Source of the DNA: Auanema rhodensis
Taxonomy: Eukaryota; Animalia; Nematoda
NCBI GenBank assembly: GCA_964057225.1
Contig: OZ059896.1
Location: 15,624,001-15,688,000, forward strand
DNA: 64,000 bases
Direction: 5' to 3'
The first letter of the stretch is position 1, and every line of letters starts with the position of its first letter. Of the stretch, positions 1 through 14,524 are shown in pieces. The position numbers and the translations under genes were made by a program. The notes beneath the pieces are model-generated. The model had not been told where the DNA came from. It worked only from the letters and a program-made list of their open reading frames with translations, and did no database searches.

Positions 1-354
1 AACGTGAGTTTTGAGCGCGAAAAATTAAATTTAATGTAAAAATTATTAGAAGTTTACAAGATTAGAAACCATAAGCCGATAACTATGTTTCTTATAGCTC
101 ATAAGAATGTTGCAACAACAGCAGAAAGAGAACAACAGCCTTCCTCCTTCTAGCAACTAAATGAAAATGAACATATATCATAATAACAAGAAAGATATAA
201 TTAGATCTATCTATATATATATAATATTAAATAAGAACAAATATACTTAAAGCTTTATTATTATTTTTATTTATGAAAGATTTGAGAAAATGAGCTTGCA
301 ATTCTCCTTATAATATAGAAAATCTAAAGAGGAATTGAAGTGGCACAAGTCTGT

Positions 355-384
355 GTGACCGGTTAGGTCACTAAGCTCCGCCCA
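355..384. promoter_or_regulatory. Everted GTGACC-n5-GGTCAC repeat next to a CTCCGCCC GC-box
   Basis: Sequence gtgaccggttaggtcactaagctccgccca in an AT-rich background. Function is inferred only. Confidence 0.35.
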
Positions 385-3300
385 ATTTCTTGTGAAATGA
401 AGTCTCTGCTTCTCTGCTTCTTCTTCAAAATGCTTCTACTCAAGCTGCTGTTGTCATAATGAAGTTGAAAAGAATGAAGAAGATTTAACATTCATTGAGT
501 GAATATCAGCAAGAATATTCTGAATTTCATGGTTGAAATTGGGAATAGTTTGTTGGAAAACGTATATTGATGAGATAAGTTCATATATGACTTCATATAG
601 ATTATGTAATTTGAAGCAGAAATGCTTAATTCTGCAGGTAAAGTATATGAACGAATGGCATATTTACAGAGGAAGTACACTTTGTAGCATAATTGAAATA
701 GAGAGCGAGGGGAGGAATTCGAAAGAGCCAGGGCAAGAGAAAGAGAGTGAGAACATATCAGGAGCTTAAAGTTTAAAGTCGTCCTAGCACAGGTTCTTGC
801 TCAAAGCTTTATGTTAGTAATTCGTAGATCATCGGCTTTCTTTTAGTGCATGTCTTCATGCAAAAAAAAATTCGGAAAAGAAGAAGAATATTGGTTACAT
901 TCAGCTTTGACGTGTACGGAAACCGAAAAAAAGCTTTCCTTACTGATGAGGATTAACCATAAGAATAAGAGAAGTAGCAGATGATCTTCTGCTCCTTAAA
1001 TGATCTTTCTTCTTCTGCTTCGATCACGTCGGTGGCTTCGTCTCAAGAAATTAATTGTTCATGTTTTCTTTTCTTCTTTTGTTAATACAAAGGAAGGAAA
1101 AGCCATCAAATTAACTACAAGTGTATGCAAATCAAAAAAAAAAGGAAAAAAGAAAGAAGAATCTGATTCAGAGAATATAAACATCATGGACGATATTCTC
1201 TGTCAAGTTTGCCATAGCAGTAGCCGGAGCAATATCCCGAACAACAGCAGCGCACAAGTTTTCGGTCATGATCTATATACCCTCAGGGGAATGTTTGTTA
1301 GATTTAGAAATCAGATCGTGAAATTTAAACTTGTAAAACGTGAAAGGAAAGAAAGAAGAGAAAGAATAGAATTGAAATAATGTATGGAAATGTGTATTCT
1401 ATCCAATTGACTGATGGTCATTAATTCAAATTGAAAAATTAGTTTGATTTCTAAAAAGAAAATTTTTTTGAAGAAAAGTATAAAGAATATACATAGTATA
1501 TATATTTAATTTATAATAAAATACAAACATATTTTGATATATGAATGTTAAAACTTAAAAGAAAAATGAAAATTTATTTAGAAGTTGAAGCTCTTTAAGA
1601 AGAAAAAGAATTTGAAGATGAATAAGCGATATACACTAGTGAAGGCTATGGTTCACATTGCAAAACTTGAACTATCAACTTAACTATAAATATATTTTTT
1701 GCAAAAAAGTTTTATTTGAATTCTTTGAAAATTGATCTTTGGAGATTGAGGCTATAAAAAAAGTTTTTTGTCCTCTTCAAGATTCTTTTTGTCACCTCTT
1801 CTTCAATATCTCTCTCTCCCCCTCTCTCTCTCTCTCTCTCCCTCTCTATTTCTCTCTATTCTTGTTCACAAAAGAAAAACAGAACTGAAACGATTCATAG
1901 AGCTAATTAGGGATGAGCGAGCTCTAGCTATCGCTCTTATTCACTACAATCTACTTGACCCATGAAGCTCTTTTTCTCATTATTGTTGTTATTTGTATCA
2001 TGTTTGAACATGTACTATTTTCATCATTTTCTCAAAAGATATATGTACTAATAATCATATAGTTAATATAATTTATATATTAAAGAAGGATAAGAATAAA
2101 TGAATAAAGAATAATTGTTTGTTTTCAAGATAACAAGAGCAATATGGCTTGTTGTTGTTGTTTTTATTTCATTTGTTGTATTTTTCAGAAAACCTTATTT
2201 GATATATTCAGATCATTTGGAAACCTTTCTTTTCATCATCTTTATATTTTGTATTCCTCAATATATATATATATATATATATATATAATCAGCACAAGTT
2301 TATAAAAAGAAATGAACATTTTTCATTATTACAACTTATTCTTCAAAAATATTAAAATTTAAAATTCACAACTTTGTAGCAGTTTAAGAAATATAGTTTT
2401 CAAATAAGAATTATAGAGAGAAAATTGGAAAAAAGATACAAAACAAATAGAAAATGCTGAAGTAAATAAATCCTATTTTAGGAAATTGCTGCAATGAAGC
2501 AGCAGCAAGCAAAAGTGAACAGAAGTTTTAGAAGTTTAGTCAAACTTTAAAATAAAAAAATTTTAATAAAAATTGATAAAAAAGATTAATATACTATATA
2601 CTATATGAATAATAAGTAAATTATACGTTTTTTTTCTCAAATTGAACAAAATATTTTATTTTCTGATGAAAATGAGTTAATGAACAGGAAAAATTAAAAA
2701 AAAAACAACGAAATTTTTATATAAAAATGAAAATATATTATATAGATTATATATATATATATATATAATTGAAGTTTTTAATATTTTAATCTTTGCTTTT
2801 AAAAAAATTTGAGTTAAAAATGAAAAATCAGAGATGGATATATATGAGAAATAGAAAAAAAGAAAAGGGGGAAGCTACAAACTTAAATATTCTCTCTTCC
2901 GGAAAAAAAAGTTAAAAAAACCTTTTAAGAAAGAATATTTGGCTAATAGAGAGAAAATGACTCAGAGAGTATGAGAAGTATGACACAAATAGAAAATCAT
3001 GTGCTAATACTATATATGTATATATAAATAAATTATAGAAAACAAAAAGATAAATATAATGAGGAAGAAAAAAAACTTCGAGAAGGATTTCATAAAGAGC
3101 AAATGCTAACGATCACTGAAATTGCTAGAAGAAACTTTAGAAATTTTTATGTTTACGTGTTTCACATCGTATCATTAATGGATAGATCTTATTGACTTGC
3201 TTAGAATTTTAAAATTGAAACGAAAAAACAAGTAAAAGAAGAGGAATATCAGAGGCGAGTTTGAAGCCTTTTACCACAGACCTAACAACGGCTTTCTCTC

Positions 3301-3799
3301 TCTCTCTCTATCTCTCTCTCTCTCTTTCTCTCTTCTATTTTTTGAATATATTAATATTATACATATGTACATATATCGTATACATAAATGCCCATAAATG
3401 CATATGAAAGAACAAAAAAATGGAAATACATAATGATATATCTCCTCAGAATGGTCAAAAATTCTTTTATTTGTAAAAAAAGATCATTGAAAGTATTTTT
3501 GAACAACAAATAACAAGAAGTAATTCAAAATTGGCTTAAACTACTTCAGATCAAATTAGATGATGATGCAACTGGTGAGAAGCCTGACAAGAGCTTTCAG
3601 AAATTCATAAATCAATTTCAAAATTTTTTCAAATATGTCCTTCCTCACTCTATTCGTCTTAAACTTCTTCCAAAAACAAAAAAAAATTAATATAATTCTA
3701 ATATTATAAATTTAAAAATAATTTATATTATAATAATAAAAACAATAAATAGTTTATAATGCATTTACTTAAACTTACTCTTTAAGTTTTAAATAATTT

Positions 3800-3835
3800 T
3801 TTACGTGAAAAGAACGTGATCGTTTTTCACGTAAA
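3800..3835. repeat. 12-bp inverted repeat (TTTACGTGAAAA) with 12-nt spacer
   Basis: tttacgtgaaaa-gaacgtgatcgt-ttttcacgtaaa, read directly from the sequence. Confidence 0.85.
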
Positions 3836-3921
3836 TGCTGCCATTTGAAATAGAACTTGAATAGTGAATTAGCTGTTTATCGATTTGAAAACAGAAAAAG
3901 GATTAGAAATCTGATTTTCCA

Positions 3922-6705
3922 ATGGATTCAGATAATAATCATCGTTTGGAAGCACAAAAATGGTATCATGGATTAACAACAAAAGATATCTGCAGGTTTG
4001 TTTTGAAAAATAAAAGTTTGGATGAATCTAGATTAAACTTATTTAAGAAGAACAATTCTTTTATATATAATTTAATTATTATAATAATTATAATATTTTA
4101 AAATAAATTATAATATTTAAATTTTATATTTTATAGCCCTTTATTGAAAAATGTTGGAGATTTTCTTGTACGAGCAATTCAAAAAGGATCATTAGTTGGT
4201 ATTACATTACATGTTCGTAATGATAGTGATAAAAAAGTAAGAAAGCTTTCATATAACCAGCATTTTATAAAACTTTAAAACTTTTTTTTCTTATTATTCT
4301 TATTGTTTTCTTATTTTATTTAAGCCTGTTGATAGTTTTGTAATCACAACAGTTGGAGATGAGAAACGTTATGCATTGCGTGCTGTTCTAAGTAATTCAG
4401 CTTCATCACCAACCTTTGATTCAGTACCAAATTTAATAAAATTTTATCAGGTAAAACAAAGTTTATTCAAAAATAAAATTTTTATATATTAATTTACTTT
4501 TATAGTCTCATGATCTTCCAAATGGTATTAAACTGAAGAATGGAATTGCTCGACCTAAATGGCTTATTAGTAATGAAGCTGTATTCTTTGAAAAGGTTTG
4601 TATATTTAAATATTCTTAAGTTTAAAAGGTTTTTCTCGAGTTTTTCAGTCATCAGCCTTAGGAGCTGGAAATTTTGGAGCAGTTTATAGAGGATTACTAC
4701 ATTCACGTATTCCATGTGCTATTAAGGTAAAACTTCAAGTTTTATGTATTATTATTTATATTTTAATTTAAGTTATAAGATAAATCTTATGTTAATCTTT
4801 TAGGTTTTACAATCAAGAGATCGTGATACTGTTAAATCTGATGTAGAGTTAGAACAAGAAAATGATGCCAGAATTGCAATGATACGTGAAGCTGATCTCA
4901 TGGCTTCATACCGTCATGAGAATATCGTAAAGGTTTTTAAAAACTTTTTTTCAAGTTTGAATCTCGAAAAACTTAAAAATTGGCATTTAGTTTCTTGGAT
5001 TTGCATGTTTTCATCCACCTTTGATGCTTGTACTCGAACTATGTAATGGAGGAAGTTTAGATAAACATCTCAGAAAGCATGGAAGCGATTGTACAAATTA
5101 TGAAAAGATGGTTTATGTTTTAGAAGTAGATTTCCTTTTATTTCAAAAAATAGTTTTATTTACAACTTAAAGGCAGCTCGTGGAATGAATTATCTTCATC
5201 GTAAGAATTGTATTCATAGAGATTTAGCATCAAGAAATTGTTTAATTGATAGCAAGGTAATCAATAATCTCTCTCTCTCTCTCTTTCTCTCTAAGTCTCT
5301 CTTTCTCTCTAAGTCTCTCTTACATTTTTATTTCAACTCTTAAGCTACATAGCTTTTTTAATTCAAATTTATTACAGGGAATTATCAAAATTTCGGATTT
5401 TGGACTTAGCGTTACACTGAAAACAGGACCGGCTATGACGGAACGAATGAGTGTGATTCCTTTACGGTTCGTTTTCAAGATATTTTTAGATAAGTTTGTA
5501 TGTTTCAGTTGGATGGCACCGGAATGCCTTCAGGCAAAAATGGAATTTTCATTCAAAACCGATGTTTGGTCGTTTGGTGTTTTAATATTTGAAATCTTTT
5601 CAAATGGATTAAAGGTTACAAAATGGTTTATTTCACATTTTTTGTATTCAAAAACGAATGTTATTAGCCATTTCTTGAAATTATTGGTGATGATGCTGAT
5701 AGACGAATTGTCAAATGTATTCGTAAGTGTCAGATGCCATCAGCTCCAGAAGGATCACATTCAGCCGTTCAACAGTTAATGGATATGATTTGGTAAGAAG
5801 CATATACATTGAAATATTATTTTCAAAGCTTGATTTAAGGCAAAAAGAACCTGAAAAACGACCAACTTTCACTGCATTATTGAAAAAAGTGATTGAAGTA
5901 TTGAAGCATATAACACCTGTACCACCAAAGAAATTTATTTTGAATAAGATTGAAGATATTAGAAGAGAATCTGAACCAGTTCGCCAATTTAACTATCATA
6001 ACATAGATTTCAAGCAACATGTTTAGAAACTTGATTTACAAGATGATTGTGGAGAAAGACGAAGTAAATCATCTAAATCAAGCGAACGTAAGGTGAGCTT
6101 ATTTTGAGTTTTAGTATATTCAACTTAACTATATCACCTAACTATATAGTCATCCAAATCATTATATAAGAAATGGAAGGATCGAACAGGTTATATCATA
6201 AGCTTATCAAGTTGCTAACGCAATAATATAGTTGCAGTTTTCCCAGACACCAGTAGATCAGATTTAGATCCCCGATCTTCATCCTGTAATCTTGGTGTTG
6301 AGGAAGAACGAACAAATGTAAGTTGGATGTTATATCTTGTAACATAGTAATTGTATTTGAACATTGAAGCCTGATCATTCAACAATCCGAAGTGATATCA
6401 GAATCCGTCGAGATCATTCGGTAACAAATATTCTCAAGCCATATTTTCTTTTTTTCCCAAAAAAACTTTGAAAAATATGAGAAACTGAACCAAATGTTGT
6501 ATGTTTCATCTTGCAGACAAAGCAACATTCAACTGAAAGAAAACGAATAATGATTCAATATGATGATGAAGATGAGGATGATGCTTCTGGTTATCATGTA
6601 TTCATGGAGCACAGTCCCCGTGATACCATCAGTGTTGAAGAAGATAATGGGGAAGTACGTGATCGAAAACGGCTTCACAGCTGCAAAACACCTCCAATTC
6701 CATAA
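3922..6705 (+). CDS. SH2 + tyrosine kinase, nematode Fer/Fes-like (spe-8/kin class); ~16 exons with low-complexity C-terminal tail
   Basis: Manual splicing gives a continuous frame: SH2 (WYHG...[12 protein letters not shown]), [57 protein letters not shown]. Small 3' exons splice in frame to the stop at 6703-6705. Confidence 0.95.
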
Positions 6706-7004
6706 TAACGATGATGATAATGACCATGTAGTTATATGATTTATGTTAATTTTAATAACGAAAAGCTATATTTTCTATTCTTGTATTGATGATTTAGAGC
6801 AAAAAAAAATTTTTTTTTTTCGTTAATTTTCCTTTTCAATTCACATGAAAACTGGAGAATAGAAGATAATGTTCAGATTACTGATGTCGAAACAAATGAG
6901 ATTTCATAGTTGTTCGTCGTATGCTATTTCTGATATTATAGCTTATAGTTTGATCAATTTGATGATTCATATTAACAACAAGCGACAAAAGAAATAAGAG
7001 GATA

Positions 7005-7017
7005 GAGGGAGAAAGAG

Positions 7018-7096
<79 letters not shown>

Positions 7097-7097
7097 A
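7005..7097. repeat. (AG)n microsatellite, imperfect
   Basis: Directly visible. Confidence 0.95.
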
Positions 7098-7546
7098 ACT
7101 GTATGAGAGGAGAAAAGTCCGATCATGATGATTCCATCTGTAGCTTGTAGTTTCATTTCGACAAAGTGATCCTGATGTACTTCATGACAAATAGAAAAAT
7201 TTTTTTTTTCTATTAAATATTTGTATAAGATATGAATGAATGAATGAATTAATAGTTAGAATAGAAAATAATTTCTTTATTATATAAAGAAATTACTGAT
7301 TTTTGTTATTTGGTTAATCATAGTTATGAATAAAAGAAAAAAGGAATTTGAAAAAATGAAATAAACATATAGAGAATAACGTATAAAATTATATTTTATA
7401 TTTAATATATATTTAATAAAATATATTATATGTATAGTAAGAGAATATATTAATTCTTTAGATTTAAACATTCATTTTACTTCTTTTTTTTTGAAATACA
7501 AATGCTGATCAGACTTTTGTATTGGAATTGTTTCCTCTTATTCCCT

Positions 7547-7560
7547 CTTCTTCTTCTTCT

Positions 7561-7626
<66 letters not shown>
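7547..7626. repeat. (TTC)n(CT)n compound microsatellite
   Basis: Directly visible. Confidence 0.95.
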
Positions 7627-7629
<3 letters not shown>

Positions 7630-7859
7630 TCTGAACAAACAAGGAACGTTTAGAATGATGTTGATCATATGATGATGAGGAATTGGAGGAGGAGAAGGAG
7701 GAGAAGGACAACAGAATAAAACGGAAATTTTCCAGACAAGAGACAGATTCTTTGAAATATTTAATAATTTTTCTATTTATTCATCTATCTCGTTCTTTTA
7801 AATTTATGTTGATTAGTAATTAACTTACTAACTATATGTATATAATATTATAGAATACA

Positions 7860-10812
7860 ATGAATTCTTGTGAACCTTTACTATATAAATCAAAGTAAGT
7901 TCTTTTAAACTTTAAAACTTGATGATACTGTTGTTGATATTTGATTTTTGTTTCAAATTAAACTACAATTCACTCAAATTCTCTATTTTCTATGTTAATA
8001 AAAGATAACTTTTGAATTATTATTTAATTCAAAAATAAAAGATGATATTTGATAATATTAGAATATTTGAGAATTAATATTAAAATAATAATAATAATAA
8101 TTTAAATATTTCAAAATATTAAACTATAAGTATATGTAAATCATTTTCTTTTTTGTTTTTTAAAAAAAAATTAAATAGTATATAAGGTTTTATATAATAT
8201 CATTATAGTGATGAAACAACAACATCAGATCCTCATCAGAATTATCAACAACATCAACTTTTATCATTTTCTTTATCAATTTCATCACAAAAAGATATAG
8301 AAATGACAACTATAGATTATTCTGATACATCAAATTATGATAAAAAAGTGAATTTTGGATGTTTTAATCAAACAAGAAAAATTATTCTTATTCTATCATT
8401 AATATCTTTAACTCTTGTTTATGCTAATAGTTTGGCTTTTAATTTTACTGTTATATGTATGGATCATGATCAACAATATAATAATTCAGGTTAATTATAT
8501 TATTTTTTTTTATAATTAATGTATATTTTAATAATATTATAGTTATTAAATGGTTGGATTCTCCAAAACATGTTAATGGCCTTTTCTCAGCTATAGCTGT
8601 TGGATCTTTCTTGGGAACATTGCCATTAATGCATCTCATACAACATCTGGGAATCAGGTTAGAAGCTTACTGTATGAAAAATAAACTTTTGTTTTGATTT
8701 TTAAGTTTAAAATTGAGCAGTTTTTTCCATAATTCAACAAAATTTAAATTAATTTGTACTTGAAAATGTTATAATTAAGTAATTTATATGAATTAATTTA
8801 CACAAAATTGAATCTTCTTATTCGTATTATTTAATATTTTAGAATTACATTGACAGTATATGGTGTTGCTTCTGGTATAGTTACAGTACTCTTTCCATTA
8901 GCTGTATCTAATGGTTATGTTTGGATATTTCTTGCTCGAGCAATTCAAGTTTATACTATATCATATAGCTAAACTGAACTTATAATATTCAAGGGTACTG
9001 CTACTGGAATATCATTTTCATCTGTTGGAGCAATCACATCTCAATGGGCAGCAATATCAGAAGCCGGTACATTCATAGCCATATTATCTACGTATATTCA
9101 GGTAATATACATACATATATATGTTATAATTAACTTTATTTTTATAGTTAAGTTCTATATTAACTATGTCAAGTGCTGGAATAATATGTGAATCATTTGG
9201 ATGGCCTATTCTTTATTATTCTTTAGGAATACTAACACTTATATCTTTTACTATATTTTATATATTTTATCGTAATCATCCACGTGATCATAGGTAATTA
9301 TAATTTATTTTAATTTAATTATATATATATATTTTTACTTTTTAAAGTAATATTAATGGAAAAGAATTACAAATTATTACAAAAGGAAAACCTAATTTCA
9401 TCAAAACTCCTGCTGTTCCATATCTTTCTATCTGCACATCCAAAGTAATCATATCTGTGTGGTTATCATGTATTGGTGGTTCTATAGGATTTATAATTTT
9501 CTTATACTATGGTCCTACTTATATGCATAAGGTATAGAAACAAAACTTTAAATAACTTGTTAAATCATCATTAGGTTCTTGGATTTGATGTTAAATCCAC
9601 AGGATTTGCTACAGCTCTTCCATATGTACTTGGAGCAGCTACTAAATTCATCTCTGGACCATTATCTGATCGAGCAACATGTATAGGAGAAAGAGCTCGT
9701 CTGCTCTTATTTGCTGTCGTTTCACAAGGATGTATGGCTATGTGTTTTATAGTTATAGCATTTGTAAGTTTAAAATAATTATTAGAAAATTCGAAAAAAT
9801 CTTTTTTCTTTAAAAAAAAAAAACAATTTGTAGTTGTTTGTTTCAGACATCTTCAACGCTTGTAGCTCAAATAGCATATACAACATCTATTGTATTTTCT
9901 GGATTAAATATAGTTGGAACAATGAAATGTGCTCAATTGGTAATGAATAGAAGAATTTCTTAAAAAAAATTCTTTTTGAGACTAGAATTACAGAAAAATA
10001 TCATTTTTTTATTCAAAATATTGTTTATATAACGATCATAAATCATTTTTTTTTAAAGAAAAAAAATGATTTATTCAATAATTATATATAATTACCAAAA
10101 CAAATTTATTATAATTTGAGTTATTTATATATTTATTTAGATTATTATATGTATTTACTATAGGTAGCACGTCAACATGTTCATTTTGTGATGGCTGTTA
10201 TATCAATGGCAATGTGCTTTCTTACGCTACTTCTTCCAATCATTGTTGTGCTTGTATGTCCAGATAACACACCAGATCAGGTTAGTACATAGTAGATAGT
10301 TTTTGAAGAAAATAACATAAATATATGATATAGTTAGATAAGTATAATAGAGAATATACAAATAATGAAAATTAACTATAAGATATGATTAAGATTAATT
10401 GAAGTTTGAAGATTATAATTATATAAATTAACTATACTTTACTATACTATATGTATATTCTTAATTGAATAATGATATTCAATGACAGAATATAAGGACA
10501 AATGAGTGAAATATGTAATATAAAAATAAAAAATTAAAGAAAGAAGAAGAAACAATTCTTTGATTTTTCTTTTTCTTATATCTAATATGTTTCTTCTATT
10601 TATAATGATTATAATATCATATAGTATATATCTTATATGATATAGTATCTGATATTTCCTATTTTCAGTGGTCAAATCTCTTCCTTGGCACAGCTGTATT
10701 CCTGATAATCATGAATATTCCGTTTGCTATTCTTGCTGACGATAAGCCGGCCGAATGGACGAAATCCTCAAAGTCTGATGTCAATGCTACTACACACAAT
10801 ATCAACAGATGA
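7860..10812 (+). CDS. MFS transporter, SLC17/anion:cation symporter-like (nematode-expanded group)
   Basis: Spliced exons encode RKIILILSLISLTLVYANSLAFNFTVICM, LFSAIAVGSFLG, FLARAIQG, GWPILYYSLG, YRNHPRDH, YGPTYMHKVLGFDV, GPLSDR, ADDKPAEWT. The first exon (7860) is less certain. Confidence 0.92.
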
Positions 10813-12579
10813 ATTGGCTTTTCCATCAACATCAGCAATGAGCAGCTACCCATACCCACAGAATTGAATACGAGAAATGCATTAGATTATCATAAGCAAT
10901 CAAGCGATTTGAAGCCTTCATCACATGATTATCATCAAACTAATTGATGATGAAAATGAATCATTGCTTCATGCTCGTGTGGGTTCATTCATCTTGCCAC
11001 AGTCAAGATCATCAACTCATAAGCATATGCTATACTTGGCTTACTATCATATTCGTACTCATTCATATGTATGTATGTATAGATATTATCATCATTTTCA
11101 TTTGCATCTTGTTCTTATCCGGGAAATTAAGATAAAACATTATTAAATCGGATATGTGATCCAAGTCTGATAGCCAGCAACTTGCCGCCTGATATCCTAA
11201 GCATTCTGAAAAAAGGAAAAAAATGTTTCTTTCTGCTCTACTGATTATAGGAAGATATCATGTTTTAGTTTGTTGGCTTTCACATGTTGGATGCCATGAC
11301 TTTCGCCCAAGTTTTTGGTTGCATCTCTACAATCCTCTCAATCCTCCCTTCCCTCCCCTCTCTTCTCTCTCTCTCTCTCTCGTTAGCTCTATCTCTCTAT
11401 GTCTTTTTCATATGTTCATTTTTTTCTTTATCTCACCCGTTCTCTCTCTCCTTCTCTCTCTCTCTAGTTCTATAATCTATCTCAAAAGCTTGCTCTTTCC
11501 TTTTATTCTTTCATGGTGTATTCTTCTGCACCCTTCTTCCCATTCTACCACCATTTCTCCCCTCGTTCTATCTCATTCAGCTAACAACCCCACCCCTTTT
11601 TCTGTTCATTTCATTACTACCGAGCAACATTGGAAACAGCTTTATTCAACCCTTCATTCTTTAATTCATCTTAAATCATTTATTCAATACAAAGAGTTTA
11701 ATTTTCTTTCTTTCTCTTCTTTTCTTCCAATCCTTTCTTATCTTCATTTTCTATTTTTCTTTTCATTTTACCTTTGATTGTTTAGTATTTTTCAAAAATA
11801 TGTCTTCATTCCATTACATCTCTTTCAGATTTAAAGAAAGATTTGCATGACCTTTTTGAAATAATTTAACGAATAAACCAAACTTTAATCACATCAAGTG
11901 TTTTAGGATTTAGACCCTTTTTCCACTTTTCATTTCATTTAAATCTAAAAACTTTCAATTTAACTTTAATACTATACTCTTTTTATATTTATCATATACT
12001 ATCTATATGCATAGATTACGATACTTTTTCCTGAATTTCATTCATGATGAGCCTATTCAACTATCTCATCATCGTTCATCTCCCTTCATCTCCTTATATC
12101 ATTCAGAACTTTTCTTTTAAATTCTCAAAAAAATCCCTGTAAATCTCCCTTTTCAATCAGAAAAATAGATTTTCTAATACTCTGCAATTGTCTTTTTTTC
12201 TGCGAATTCTCTTCAGATCATACACATAAGCTACATCCTACTCAGATTTTTTTTATATTTTCGGTCGTTTGTTGTCATCTCTTTCAACACAACCTATCCA
12301 ATTTATATTTTATATTATATGTATTTTTAAATTTTATAATATTTATATGATTCATTGTATCTATTCATTCATTTTTATTTCTTTTTATAAATAATTTTGT
12401 TGATTTGTTTCTGTGTCATGTATCCTCCTCCACTTACCTATTCAAATTATTTATTATATTTTAATATATTATAGATACAAATATATCATTTTTTATAATA
12501 AACTTTTTATTTTATCTCAATATTTTGAACATATTCACAATAATATGTATTCATATACATACATATAGTCCCTCTTCTT

Positions 12580-12640
<61 letters not shown>
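12580..12640. repeat. (CT)n microsatellite
   Basis: Directly visible. Confidence 0.95.
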
Positions 12641-12643
<3 letters not shown>

Positions 12644-14524
12644 AATACTCAACTTTCTTTTATCTTTCCAAATGTATTTGCATCATTTCTTTTTGTTTTT
12701 GAATGAAATGTCCTCATTGAAAGCATTTGCCATCTCAATGACCGACGAAATACATGCATTGTATGTCTATTTATAGGAAAAATCATCTTTATCAATCACA
12801 TAGTATATATATTCATATCATAATATCAAAATATCATATCTTTTATATTATTTATAAAGAAGAAATTATGTTAGAACATCTTTATCGTTTTCTTTTTTGT
12901 CTTTTTTTTTCTAATTGGAGATTCAATATGTATCCTAGGAGAGATGAATAGAGAATAAAGGGGAAGAGATATAGAGATTATTTGGAAGAAAATTACAAGG
13001 AAATGTCATTTTTTTAGTTTTGTCTAATAAGATTGTCCTTCATTTCTCTTCCATTATTGCCAAATGTGCTAAGTTGGTTTCCAAAGAAAGCTGGTCAATG
13101 ACCATTCTTCCTCAGCTTTTTCATTCATTTCCTTTTTTAGAAAAATATTATAATCATCGTCTTAAGATATATTATATCTTTCTATATAGATTATATGTCA
13201 AAATAAACTTTTATCATATGAAATATAAGTTTAATTTCTTTAAAATATTCTCATCTATATTCTTTCATTACATCATAACTATCTTAATATATTTAAACAT
13301 TAAAAGAAATTAAATATTTTTTATTAATAACTATACATATAGTATAATATATATTATATAATTATGTTAATAATGTTACTATTTATATAATTTCTTATTC
13401 TTTTAAAATATATCGGACAGAGGTCCTTTATCGTTTCATACAACAACAAAGCATCTTTGGACTTTTTTTTCTTTTTATCCAAACTACCTCTTCATGTCAA
13501 TTCTCTTCCTTCTTTCATCTTCTTCTTCCTCTTCTTCTTCTTCTTCTTCAATTTTTCTTTCATCTATCCTCATTTCTCTACCTCATAGTTACTCTTTCTC
13601 TCTCTCATTTTCTCTTCTTTCCTTTTATCCATCTCAGTTTATTCTCAAACATCTCGTTTTACCATTCAGTTTCGTTTAAAAAAACGTCGTCGAATGTTTC
13701 AAACGTTGAAGTCAATGTCTCCATGGCTTCTACTCTTCTCTATTACTTCTACTGTTCTCTGTTCGTCATCATATTATTTCTGATTTCAATATCATTTACT
13801 ATTTCAAAATTGAAAATACAATTGCTTGTTGCCACATAGACACATGCATACATACAGAACTTCTTTTATGTCAATAGAAATAACAAAAAAATTGATTTTT
13901 TTCTTTCTTTATTGGGTCATTTTCATGCTTTTTCTCCCTTTAATCAACTCCCTCTCCCTACACTTTTCTTAAATTTTCTTTTTTCTTTTTTTTAATCTCT
14001 TTATATCTTAGTTATTCCATTTTTCTTCTTCTTTTCACTTTTTTTTCAATCAATTTATTTTTATTCAGATATTTATATAGAAGATATTCTTATTTCAGTG
14101 TTCAAGGCTTTCGACGTTTCATTTTCTTGCTCTATCTATGCAGAATTTTGGGAATTCTGAGGTAAAATACATAAATAAACATGATTTGCAATCTTTCTTA
14201 ACCAATATTCTTCAAAAAAAAAAAAGATAAAAATGAAAATATTTTGTGCGAAAAACTGGGTCAAAGATTGAAAACTATGTTTCTTCAATGAATAGTTTGT
14301 AAAAAAAAAAATTTGTTTGTTTCTCTCTTTCTCTCCCTCTCTCTCTATGCTCAGCTCTTCTTTTCCTTTTTAATTTATTGTTATGATAAGACAATTCCTG
14401 CAATTTATACATGTATTAAGCTGCTTCTATTGATTTTCGTTTTCCAAAAAATGACTAATCTCATCCAAAAAGTTGATGAAAGTCAAAACGAACCATTGGA
14501 CCAATGTTTTGAACAAGCCCTACT

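Noticed and set aside
10813-11146. ORFs downstream of the MFS stop (possible extended C-terminus)
   Set aside because: The in-frame stop follows the family-typical PAEWT end. An extension would need an unsupported indel.
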